Source: Podarcis bocagei (taxonomy: Eukaryota). From it: a stretch of DNA of 64,000 nt. The position numbers were made by a program, and so were the translations under genes. The DNA lies in the NCBI GenBank assembly GCA_964188305.1, contig OZ076894.1; one strand, written 5' to 3'. Position 1 is the first letter of the stretch, and each line of letters begins with the position of its first letter. A model generated the notes under the pieces. It saw only the letters and a program-made list of their open reading frames with translations. It was not told the DNA's origin and ran no database searches. Shown piece after piece: positions 24,601 through 36,355 of this stretch.

Positions 24601-26200
24601 CTGTGCATATTTCAGTAAATTTGAAAATAAAGTACTTTCCTATCATTGATAATAAATATATGAAGTACTTCTGTAACAGGTAAAAAAAAACCCCTTCCTT
24701 ATTTTATGTTTCATGTAACAGAAAGCTAACAGAATTCCCAGTTTCAAAAATATACTTACTAAGTAGATTTTCAATAACTCTGCAAACATTTATATTGCAT
24801 ATATATCCTGATGCTCTAGATTTCCAAATTACAGACTCCTGGAGATTTGAATCATACATAGGCCATTTATCCTGATCCTTTGAAAAAGTCAGAGCATATT
24901 GTAACAACTACTCACAGAAAATTGTACTGTGCCATAGTTAAGGATCTGCAACACAATATGCTGCCAGAGTAGCAAATAACTTCAGATGACTCACTCAATG
25001 CAGCTGTGTCATGTAAAAAGAATCCCAAGCCAAGCACACCCATTTGTGTTGTCCGAGTGGGCATGCATGATTTTTCTCATTGAACTGACTTATGTATGAA
25101 AATTGCATTGTGTGTAGAGGCTCTCAGTTGGCAAAAATTAAGCTTGCATAATAGGATTAACTGGGGGCAATTATTAGAAAATGTGTTGCAGCTGGGATGG
25201 ATACAGAGACTGAAAAGAGCAGAGTTTTATTAGAATTCTAACTTGCAATTTCTAACACTTAAATATAATAAAGCCTGACATTGTGAATTTATATTTAGAT
25301 TATTGCTGTGTGAGTACATTGAAGCTTGTCTTGTGACCCAACAAAACCCTGCCACAACCAATGAAGAAAAGTTATCGGCTCTGCTACCTGACCTTTGTGA
25401 CCAGCTGCCATGAAAGTTACAGGGGAAAGGGTTAACCTGAATGGCCAAACTGATGGATACAGCTGGTTCTCAAAATCATCTCTAAACCTATTTGTTGTGT
25501 TTGTAAGAGGACTATGAAGAAACAACTGGCAGTGTTATCTCACAGAAACAGTTTAACACATAAAAATGGATTTTACAATTAATGTACAAAATCCAATGAC
25601 TGCTATAAACAGTTCTTCCAAAATTTTCAAAACTCCATAAAGATTTTATGTAGGTCTTACATGGGCAAATTAAAAAGAGGCACTTTCCTGCTTTTTCTTT
25701 ATTCTTTTGCTCCGTAATCATGTGCTCAGCTACTGTCTTATTACAGCAAGATTTCAATACATGTACATGCTCCCTGCAGCAGAGCCTTACTAAAGCCCCA
25801 AACTGATCTCACAGTATTTGTCATCTCTGCAGTAATTCTTGCTGTAAATCTCCTCCCTTGTTTTTTATTGAAAAACAAGATCAGCTCCATCTACAAATCT
25901 GATTCCAGCACTACCCACAAAATAACTTACAGTGATTTAAAAATATTTTTGCTTGGCATATTAGACTCACTACTTTCCTCCTACCCCACCCCTAAGGCTA
26001 TAGCCAGTTGTGTGCTTTCTAAGCATGGGCAGAAATGGCTGCAGAAATGTGCCCTTGTCACATCTTTCTCTAGCATGGGACCCAGTGATGCAACAAAGTA
26101 TCCCCATACAACAAAGTATTCCTACCAAAGAATACTTATATGATTCCTGTGTAAATCTGTTCTGAGAACGCTGCCAACCAACATTTCTCCAAAGAAATCT

Positions 26201-26203
<3 letters not shown>

Positions 26204-26236
<33 letters not shown>

Positions 26237-26510
26237 TTTCGTAGATTTTCACGGGTACAGGAATGCAGGTTTTGGTGTCTTCGGGTATATATATGCAGGT
26301 TTTGTTGTCTTCGGGTGTCTTCCCGTGTAAGAGTTGGGGTGTCTAGGCGACGTTTCGACGAGGTCTCACTCGTCATCTTCAAGAGACCTCGTCGAAACGT
26401 CGCCTAGACACCCCAACTCTTACACGGGAAGACACCCGAAGACAACAAAACCTGCATTCCTGTACCCGTGAAAATCTACGAAAGCAAATTATATATATAT
26501 ATATATATAT
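26204..26510. mobile_element. Penelope-like element terminal fragments in inverted arrangement, within (TA)n
   Basis: Near-perfect inverted repeat (~26234-26368 vs ~26383-26486), CpG-rich, (TA)n on both sides, hammerhead-like motif at the centre. Confidence 0.8.
26341..26383 (-). ncRNA. Truncated minimal hammerhead ribozyme motif
   Basis: Minus strand reads (c)TTGAAGA-T-GACGAG-tgagac-CTCGTC-GAAA-C-GTC-gcctag. Core C3 and the 5' arm of stem I are lost at the inversion junction. Confidence 0.55.
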
Positions 26511-26559
26511 GTTAATATTATTACACTGAATTAAAGTTTTTAAAAAAGGAGAACAGAAT

Positions 26560-27468
26560 AATAGAATCATTGAACTGTAGATATGGAAAGGATCCTGAGG
26601 GTCATGTAGTCCAAACCACTGCAATGCTGAAATCTTGACTAAAGCGTCTAAGCCATCCAACTTACGCTTAAAAACCTCCATTCAAGCAGAACCCACCACC
26701 TTCTGAGGGAGTCCATTCTGCTGTCAAACAGCTCTTAATGTTTAGTCAGAATCTTCTTTCTTGTAACTGGAAGCCATTGGTTTGTGTCCAACCCTCCAGA
26801 CCAGGAGAAAACAAGCTTGTTCCATTCTCCTTTAGATATTTGGTTATAATATCTCCTCTCAGTCTCCTCTTAGTCAGGCTAAACATACCAACTCCTTCAA
26901 CCGTCCCTCATAAGTCTTGGTTTCCAGACCTTTGATCATCTTGGTTGCCTTCCTCTGCACTCGTTCCAGCTTGTCAGTATCTATCCTTCGTAAATTGTGG
27001 TGCCCAGAACTGGACACAGAACTTTAGGTGTGGTCTGACTAAGGCAGAAGAGGGAGGTACTATTACTTCCCTTCTGTTGCTGCTGCATCACACTGTTTAT
27101 TCATGTTAAGTTTGTGGTATATTAAGACCCCTAGATCCTTTTCACATGTACTACTACAAAGCCAGGTGTTCCCCATCTTATATTTGTGCAGCTGGTTCTT
27201 CCTGCCTAAGTAAAGAACCTAAAATTTGTCCCTCTTTTGTTAGTTTTGGCCCAATCTGGTCTCCAATGTGTTGAGATCAATTTGAATCCCGATTCTGTCT
27301 TCTGCAATATTAGCTACCTCTCCCAGCTTGGTGTTATCTGCAAATTTGAAGAGTATCCCCTCAATTCCTTCATCCAGGTCATATATAAAGATGTTGAATA
27401 ACAATGAGCCCAGGACAGAACCCTGTGGCACCCCACTTGTCACTTTTTTCCAGGATGTTGAGGAACCA
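26560..27468 (-). mobile_element. CR1 LINE, 5'-truncated (RT C-terminus and 3' UTR)
   Basis: TSGVPQGSVLGSLLFNIFIYDLDEGIEGILFKFADNTKLG; [11 protein letters not shown]-type region; 3' tail reading tagaatcat on the plus strand. Confidence 0.92.
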
Positions 27469-27740
27469 TGAAGATCAGATCCTTATAATTTAGTAGCAAA
27501 AATTCAAACACTAGAACTGTGGGGAAAACGGATATCTCAAAACACTTCCCATGTTACAGCTACTCTGCTTTCTCCCTCCCTATATCTACTTTGCACATAT
27601 TCACAATTAAATATGAAAACAGTATAGAGTTCCTGTCAAATTGTGTGTGTCCACTCCCACTTACTAAGTAGTGCTAAACATAAAACTTACTTTATGAAAG
27701 AAAATTCCACTTTAAGTCAGCCCTCTACGTTTTGGCTTAT

Positions 27741-28248
27741 TGTCTTAGGCATCCCAAGCCAAGGAAGGAACATGTCTGATACTTATTTATTGAGAAAAAT
27801 CACACAATTACAGCAACTCCCGTGGTGTTCCCAGATACTCATGCACAAATGTTGCTACCCTCTTGGCAGCTGTCCTCTGGTCAGTGTCCTGCAAAGTAGT
27901 TGCAGTAACAGTGGGACAAGCCCCATGCACCAACTAATGTACTCTCATCTGATGGGGTGCATGTGCGCAACTTGAGGCTTTTCTTACATGGAAGACATTG
28001 CTGCTTTTCCCTCTGGAAGCCTGTCCTGGTTCTAGGAGACAGTGGGGCAGGGAATGGCAGGTATTTGACTATCCCTCACCTGAACAGCCTCTTCCTCCAG
28101 GTGCACAACCTGCACACCCTGGCTCTGAACATTCCACTTCCTCCTGCCCTGGCTCCTGCCTCGCAGGTAGCACCAAATCCCATAAATTGCTGGCCCCCTC
28201 TCCTGGGTTAATCCCCTGGGCTCTGGTCCCTGCCACACACTTGCAACA
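27741..28248 (-). mobile_element. Possible solo LTR
   Basis: Minus strand starts TGTTG and ends AGACA, purine-rich first half, AATAAA about 45 nt before the end. No convincing TSD. Confidence 0.4.
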
Positions 28249-29522
28249 GCCCTCTCACTGAAACTTATCTAGGGCATTAATTACCCGGAAATTCTCTTGT
28301 ACAAGCTTTGCTGAAATGAAAAACACAGTAATACTCGTGCGGAGCATCCTTTTTGTCTCAATCTATCTTGTGGTAGACCAACGTCCTATCCAACTGTAAC
28401 CATAATGTTCAGAGGTTTTGATTAACGAATGCAAATTTAGATTTTTTTAAAATGACAGCTAACATTAATCAATGCACCCATCCTGCCTTACAGGCACATA
28501 AAAGAGCAGAATGATAATAATTAGCATGTATATATGACTTAATTATCAGTAGGAAAAAGCTCTAATGTGTAATTTGATCTAAATAATAGAAATAATACGT
28601 GGCATCAAACCGAACACCTAGATCTTGATCTTGAAAGCTGCACACCAGCTCAAGTCAAGCAGAATTAGCTTTCAGACCTGTATTGCTCCTGGCTTTTATG
28701 TATAAGTACTTTCCCTTTCTTTAATTAATGTCATCAAAAGAAATTTTTAGGAAGAGCCCCATGCTGAGTTCTTTTGGGGATAAAATGCAGTACTTCTGAT
28801 GTAGTATTAAAAATAAGCCAGGCTTTAAAAAACAACAACAACCCACCACTATTCATATGTAAATGTAATTATGTCCTTATAGCTCCTGTTACAATTGGGT
28901 ACGTGAATGCTATTGGTCTGATTAACTGATTAATAACTTGATGATCAGAGATTCAAAACAGAGCTCAAAATGGAATAATAAAGATGGAATTGCTCTTTCT
29001 CAACAATATATCTGACCCTTCTTCAAGTACACTGGATCCTGACATCTCTTCAGGAAAGATAAACTGCTTGGATACAGAAATATGAGTAAGAGAGTTATGA
29101 TTCCCAAGGCCTCTCAAAAATATGGCAATACTAGAGGCTGCACCCTTGCTCTCACCTACCTCCTTATCAAAGCCACCCACCCACCCATGCCTTTAACTCC
29201 TCTCCATAGCCACCCCATCCCCATATTCTTTGCCAATGCTACCCTCTTCCCTTTGCATCTCACCAAAGCTATCCCTCTGCACCTTCACTTGCTGGCCAAA
29301 GAAACGAATCTGCCTGGGTGACCCGGCAATTTGCTTGCCAGCCTGGGATACCCACTCACATTTTTGCTGGCCTCACTGGCACTGAGTTGTCCTGGTCTCT
29401 GGTTCCCTTCTTCTTACTCTGCTGTGATGACTCAGTGGCTTTGAGATCCCAGTTTGATGTCACACTGTAGTTTGCACCACCACCTGTTGGCAGCCCTGTG
29501 AACTGCAACCTGATGACATCCT

Positions 29523-29674
29523 TAAAGGTAAAGGGACCCCTGACCATTAGGTCCAGTTGTGACCGACTCTGGGGTTGCGGCGCTCATCTTGCTTTATTGG
29601 CCGAGGGAGCCAGCGTACAGGCATCACCATGTGGCCTGCATGACTAAGCCGCTTCTGGCGAACCAGAGCAGCAG
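29523..29674 (-). mobile_element. Sauria SINE, 3' fragment
   Basis: taaaggtaaagggacccctgac...ctctggggttgcggcgctcatc...gcatgactaagccgcttctggcgaaccagagcagc. Confidence 0.9.
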
Positions 29675-31345
29675 AAAATCTATATTAGGAGCCATTTATC
29701 CATAACATTCTACAATCATATGAATGTATGATCAGGTACACATGTAACTAAAAAGGAGATGTTGGTGCATATGTGGCTGAGGAGGGGATATGCTAATATA
29801 TAGGACAAATTGTTGGGGACAAACACACACATGCAACACAAATCCCATCTCTAAACTGTCAGGGGAGCATATGATTCTGGGATTTCTTTCCTCAGCAGAC
29901 TTGATCATAGGAAGAATGAGTAGAGACCAGAGGAGAGAATATTTTATGGCGATCTGATACTCTTGCTATTAAGGAATTGGAATCCCCAGGGTAGGATATT
30001 GGTGGCAGAAGCTCCTATGGATTTGAAGGACCCAGTTTATAGTCAGTTCCTATGAAACTGTGAAGAATCTCTGCAATAAAAACATGATTGTAGATTTTAG
30101 TAAAGGTGTAAAATGTCATTTCACTCTCCACATCACTTCTTTTTTTTTCTTTTTTTAAATAAAAACCCATTGAAATTATTCTAATCAGTGTAATTATTAC
30201 TTAGATGAAAGGAGGGGGGGAAATCAGCTGATGGTAGGACTCAGGGAACAGAGTCTCCACGGACCTTTATTGTACCAGTCATAAATGGAGAAAGTATTCT
30301 GCACTAAGATTGGATTAGGTCTATAATAATGCACACTGCCTTGGGGAGAAAATTAGTTTTGCAACACAATGCTTTAATTTCAAAAACCCACTACAGGGCA
30401 ATGAGAAGGGGTAGCGGTGTAGTAGGAATTGCATCTTAATATAGGCTGGAAAAGTGAATAGTATCAAGGGAACTTTGTTAATGTATTCTAAATTATGAAG
30501 GGCAACTGGTCAGTGCCATTGTTTCATTCTGTCTCATAATACAGGAGCAGAGAAAGCAGTATTTAATACATTTAAAAGCCAGTAAATTCAGATCCAATTC
30601 CCAGATCAAGAATGAATGTTAAACTGGAGTCAGATTTGCTCAGGCCACCAAGCTTGTTAGTCATAAAAGAATTCCTATGCTGCTAAATGTATAGAGTTCC
30701 AAGTTTGAATTTATAAAGTAACAGTATGGAGGGAAAGGTAGTTAAGTAAAGGGCTCCTGTTTCTGCCTGAGGTGCTCAGAGCAAGTCAGATACAAAGGGC
30801 TTAAAAACTCTTAACAATGTTAATCCTTTACTGTATTCCCTACACATGCTGGGTAAGATAACATGGCAAAAGGGGAAGAAAAGTTACTGAGGATGTCCAC
30901 GGTACATCAAATTTTTTCTGGGAATGCAACTAAACTGTCAGGTGGCTGGTATTAATTGCTAATTTCACCATGAAAACAAGGCACCCACCAAATAGAGAAG
31001 GGAAATCTTTGGACAACTATAAAGGTAACTGACTTACAAACCAAACTTATTTCCTCCTCCCACCCCTTCCTATTAAGAGATTTATTGCTCTTGCATTTCC
31101 AGGTACCCCTTGGTATTGTGGTATACCTGCTGGTGGGCTTGTGGCTACTGATCCCACTCTTTGCTATACCCGGTCTCCATGTGCTGGAGGTGATGTCTGC
31201 TCAGAGACCTACTGGTGTACAACTTACCATACACTTTCTACATTTCATTGATATGAAATTGCAGCCAAGGCCTATGCAACTTTATCTGTTTGTATGTTGG
31301 ATCCTGTGCAGGTATCACTTCCAATCCAGGAAGGTTACACATAAC

Positions 31346-31400
<55 letters not shown>
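31346..31400 (+). repeat. (GAAA)n microsatellite
   Basis: Direct reading. Confidence 0.95.
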
Positions 31401-31689
31401 GCTATCAAGTGTAATTCTGGCCTCCACTTACACATAGCTCCTCATGGGTTTTTCTATCACATAAGAGTACCACAAAAGACATGGTGAACTATCAGAATAG
31501 GTAAGCAAGTACATTACTGTACTGTCAAGCTAAAGAGGACCCATGGCACAAAGCAGAAAGTGCTGCTTTGTCATGAACCAACACAGCTAGAACAGCTATA
31601 TCTGAATTTTGTGAATGCTTCTCTGATTCCATCAAACAAGCTCTACTGAACTGCCTTAGAGACAGTGCTGCTCTCCTATGCCATCAGCT

Positions 31690-32705
31690 CAACTGAATAT
31701 GGTGTGTACATCCATTCAAGGAGCAATGATGTCTGTTTAACCTGGCATATCTCCACATCAAGACAAAAGTGTGGCAGGTCCTTATATGTTGTTTACAGAT
31801 GACACAGTCTTGACAACACACTACAACACACAAGCTCTACATCAACTGTTTTGCCCAAGATTGAATCAGCCTAATGAAGACCAACATCATAGGTCAGAAT
31901 GTTTCCAGAAATCCACTCAACAGCATTGGTGTCCACATGCTTGAGGTAGTAGACGATTTTGTCTATCTGTGTTCCACCATAAACAACATCTGACAATCAA
32001 CACTGAGCTGAACACGTGTATTGGAAAGGCAACTATGCCAATGGCTTGCCTCTCCAAAAGGGTATGTGATGGAGAATGTGATGCTAATGACCAATGGTAA
32101 TGGTAGTGAAACATGGGCAACTTACACTTGCCAGAAGCGACGCCTGAATGCCTTCCACATGTGCTGTGTCGGGAAGTTTTGGGGCATGACATGGCAGGAC
32201 AGAGTCTCAAGCAAAGATGGACTCTCCCAAGCCCACATTCCCAGCATGTTTGCACTCCTGTCTCAGTGATGTCTACGCTGGCTTGGTCATATCCGCAGAA
32301 TGGAAGATGGCTGTATCTCTAAGGACGTGATTTGTGGACAGCTTGCTTCAGGCACCAGGCCCATCGGCAGACCAACTCTGTGTTACAAAGATGTCTGCAA
32401 ATATGGTATGAAGGATGGCAACATTAACCCCACCATGTGGAAATCCCTTGCACATGACTGCAGCACCTAGAGACAGGTTGTGTATCCACAACAGTGGCAG
32501 GCGGAAAAAGGACTGCTGGGAGGATTACAGGAAGAAGAAATGCCATGGTACACCTGCATCAGCACAAGTGTACGCCTTTATCTGCCCCAAAACACCTGCA
32601 GCAAAACATGTCTCTCCCATATCAGTCTCTGCAACTACATCAGGTGCTGTAACTCCTATTTGACTTCACCCCTGAAGACACACTCTTCCATTGTCTTCCG
32701 AGACT
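31690..32705 (+). mobile_element. RTE-clade LINE 3' fragment (degenerate)
   Basis: LFTDDTVL...LEVVDDFVYLCS...ELNTCIGKA...GSETWATYTCQKRRLNAFHM...TWQDRVS...LRWLGHIRRMEDG...GRPTLCYKDVCK. Confidence 0.9.
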
Positions 32706-34961
32706 CTGTATACCCGGGTTCATTAGCATCTCAAATATAAAATGGAACTTAAAGTAAACTGATATGGATAAAAACTGAGCCTATAGGCAGAAACACACTA
32801 CAGATGTTCTTGGCAGAGATTCTCCATAGCTTAGGAACCACCACTTCCTAGGTCCTGCCTGGCTCATGTTTTCCCTCCTTCCCTTCTTTGTACTTCCTTG
32901 TATCTTTCATTTTAAATAAATAAATCCCCTCCTATTGGTTTCAAAATCTGGTGCCTACATGCCATGAACGTATGAAGTTAATCATTGCAGGCTAAGCAAA
33001 GTTTTACTTTAGCCTTGAAATGCACAAATTGAAAAAAGTTGCTCCTCCAAAGACCAGATCTAAACGTTCTTTTGCTGTCCCTTATGCTCTTTGAAACAGA
33101 TTAGATGCGTTCAGATTCAAGCACTAGAACGGCTTTCAGCAGGCTAGCAGACAGTTTCTTGTTAGTAATTGGGTGAAATCTACATTAAAAACCACCCAAA
33201 CAGCTGTTTACTTGGCAGCATCAATTTTAACAGGGCTGTCTGTGGAAGGTTGTCAGTGTAGTCAGTTTAAATACAATCTACAAGGGCAAAGAGCTAGCTA
33301 ACTGGCTCATTGTACCATAACATTTAAGGCACTGAGACATGAGGAAAATGTAAGCTGTCTTTTTTATAGCACCTGCTATGCATTAAGGGTATGCTACCTA
33401 CACAGAATTATTCTTTGCTGTTTCATACTTCATTGAGATTCTTCATGTATGAATGCCTGCGAATGTCTCTGAAGATGGCACATACCTAGAAAAGGTCAAC
33501 TAGTTCACAAGGAATAATTTATATAATGAATTTAGCCTCTCTTTCTGTACATGTAAGCTGATTGCAGCAATCATTTTTAAAAATGAATTTAGCCTCTTTT
33601 TCTGTACACGGGCATTGATAAAAGCATAGATAGTTTAAGGGACTATGTTGTGATAGTATCAGTACCGGTGATCAAATCTTTATTTTTCATGACCACTGTT
33701 TCTTGTTATCTGAGGAACTGCTATGAGTGACAAATGAACTAGCTGAATAGAGAGCACTGTGAGAACTGGGAAAATACAATTCACATATCCATCCTGGAAC
33801 TCCATTAGATAATATTATTGAGGAAGTTGGCCATCCAAATACTAGTGGTTGGACTTTTAACAGTTTGATACAGTTCCTACCACATAACACTAGTCTAGAC
33901 ATGCAGTTCTCTTCTCAATATCCACGGGTTCCACACAAATCTCTCTTAATCTCTTTCATTCACAGACAAAGATACAGGTAGAAACATACTAAAAACTGTA
34001 CACATAGTGAGATTGGGAGTAGGTTTTAGGCATGTGCATTCTGCACAACTCTACTAACAGTCCATCTCACAATATGAAGGTAATATCTGAAGTATAAGTT
34101 TCATTTAAAAATAAGATCACCCCAACCCTACCAACGGAAATGTAGGAAGGGTTGAGCTTATGAGGCCAGGGAGATGCCATATTCAAATAAACATTGTTCT
34201 TCCCAATTTGGACACTTAATGAAGGGTGAAGGGGAGTCAACCACCCTAAGAATTGTGCTTGATCTCACCTTACATACAGAGTTATGAGAATAGAGTAAAT
34301 ATAATCTGAAGATGCCGACACAGAATGAGATGTTTGGCATGCCACCATTTTTCTGACGTTCATCTGTTTTCTGCTTTAATTGCAGAAATTTCCAGTGGAG
34401 GGAAAACCACACCTGCAGAGACTCCATTTGTTTTATTCTCAACATCTAGCATCACTTCAGATGCTAGATGGAACTGATTGTGGTTTGTTGTTGTGTAGCC
34501 ATTTTGACCCAAGAAGATTGTAAAGAAGTCTGGCAATGCAAGTGGTTCCCTTTTTCTAATCAAGTTAGTTAAAATGTAGATTAGAAATTGCATTTAAAGG
34601 CAAACCAACCTAATGTACACTTTCTGAAACAATATTCAAATGAAAACATGGTTATCTTTTGAAATTTGCACTGCTCTGAATTTTGCAGTGTGGTTCGCCA
34701 GCCAAGTAATATGTACAAAAATGCATATATTAGTGAAAGTAGCATATAAAATAATTTATGGGAGGAGAAATTGCTTTGCAAAAATATGTATGGTAGGCAA
34801 AATTGCATATATTAGGAGTGTATCTTAGGAAATACACTAAAATGCTACTGAATTTTCATTAAAACCTATTGTTAAAAAAATAAAAACTGATGTGGAAATG
34901 TGGAGAAATGTGAATTTAAGAGTGGAAAAATAAGAAACCAAAAGGAACTGAAACGGACAGC

Positions 34962-35093
34962 TTTGCCTATACCTAATATAGCTACTATACTAGTCTAGCA
35001 TATTTAAAATTGTGTAAATAGGATGGATTTGCCTATACCTAATATAGCTACTATACTAGTCTAGCATATTTAAAATTGTGTAAATAGGATGGA
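34962..35093 (+). repeat. Perfect 66-bp tandem duplication
   Basis: tttgcctatacc...aataggatgga at 34962-35027 and 35028-35093. Confidence 0.9.
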
Positions 35094-35572
35094 TTGTCGA
35101 TGCTTACTTCTAGCACAATATATATGAGCCAAACTAGACTGGACGTAATAGCTGCATTGGTTTGTTGTACTAAAAAAAAATTCACAACTGTATGCTTATT
35201 TGAAAGTAACCCCATAGACTTCATTGGGACTTACTTCTGAGTACATCTGAATCAAATTATGAATTCTAATCTGAGATAGTCATGGAGAAAATTAAGGCAC
35301 ACAGATTTCATTTCAGATTAATTAACCCACAAGCGCTGTTTTCTCTGGCTCTGCTCATCTTTGGTTTTAGCACCGCCTACCGCTACCCAACAGGTTATTC
35401 CCCAAGGAAATACAATCCTCAACAAGAACAAAAAACAACGTATTTCTCCTGTGACAGGCAAAAACCACTCTATAACAAGATAGATGACTACCAAAAGAAG
35501 AGGCCCCCCACACCCCATCAACATCAGCATGCTGTATGTGGTGATTTATAGCAGCACAGAATAAAGGAATTA

Positions 35573-35986
35573 CAGTAGTACAGTGGTATCTCGGTTTAAG
35601 TACTTAATTCGTTCCGCAGGTCCGTTCTTAACCTGAAACTGTTCTTAACCCGAAGCACCAATTTAGCTAATGGGGCCTCCTGCTGCTGCTGCGCCACCGG
35701 AGCACAATTTCTGTTCTCATCCTGAAGCAAAGTTCTTAACCCGAGGTACTATTTCTGGGTTAGCAGAGAGTGTAACATGAAGTGTATGTAACCCGAGGTA
35801 CCACTGTACCTCTGGTTATGTAACCCTCTGGTTACGTAAACTTCGGGATGCGAAAACAGCAAACCCGGAAGTATTTTACCGGGTTTGCCGTGTGTGCATT
35901 TGCAGAAGCGGTTCTCAAGTTGCAGAAACCTCGGGATCCCACTGGACCTCCAGAACGGATCCCGTCCGCAACTGGAGGTACCACTG
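35573..35986. mobile_element. Tc1/mariner-type MITE (outer, interrupted)
   Basis: TA|cagtagta[insert]cctctggtt ... aactggaggtaccactg|TA. Confidence 0.75.
35581..35806. mobile_element. Tc1/mariner-type MITE (inner)
   Basis: TIRs cagtggtatctcggtt / aacccgaggtaccactg, TA TSD. Inverted relative to the 56240-56465 copy. Confidence 0.9.
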
Positions 35987-36031
35987 TAATCGCTTTCAGT
36001 TTCACAAAACGATTCATTTAAGAAAAATAGA

Positions 36032-36355
36032 CAGGGGTCAGCGAACTTTTTCAGCAGGGGGCCGGTCCATTGTCCCTCAGACCTTGTGGGGGGCCGGACT
36101 ATTTTTTTTGGGGGGGGGAAACAAACGAATTCCTATGCCCCACAAATAACCCAGAGATGCATTTTAAATAAAAGCACACATTCTACTCATGTAAAAACAC
36201 CAAGCAGGCCCCACAAATAACCTAGAGATGCATTTTAAATAAAAGGAAACATTCTACTCATGTAAAAACACGCTGATTCCCGGACCGCCCGTGGGCCGGA
36301 TTTAGAGGGGGATTTGGCCAGATCCAGCCCCCGGGCCTTAGTTTGCCTACCCATG
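36032..36355. mobile_element. hAT-type MITE with internal ~70-bp duplication
   Basis: caggggtcagcgaact / agtttgcctacccatg termini, aaataga flanks, repeated ccccacaaataac..atgtaaaaacac. Confidence 0.8.
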
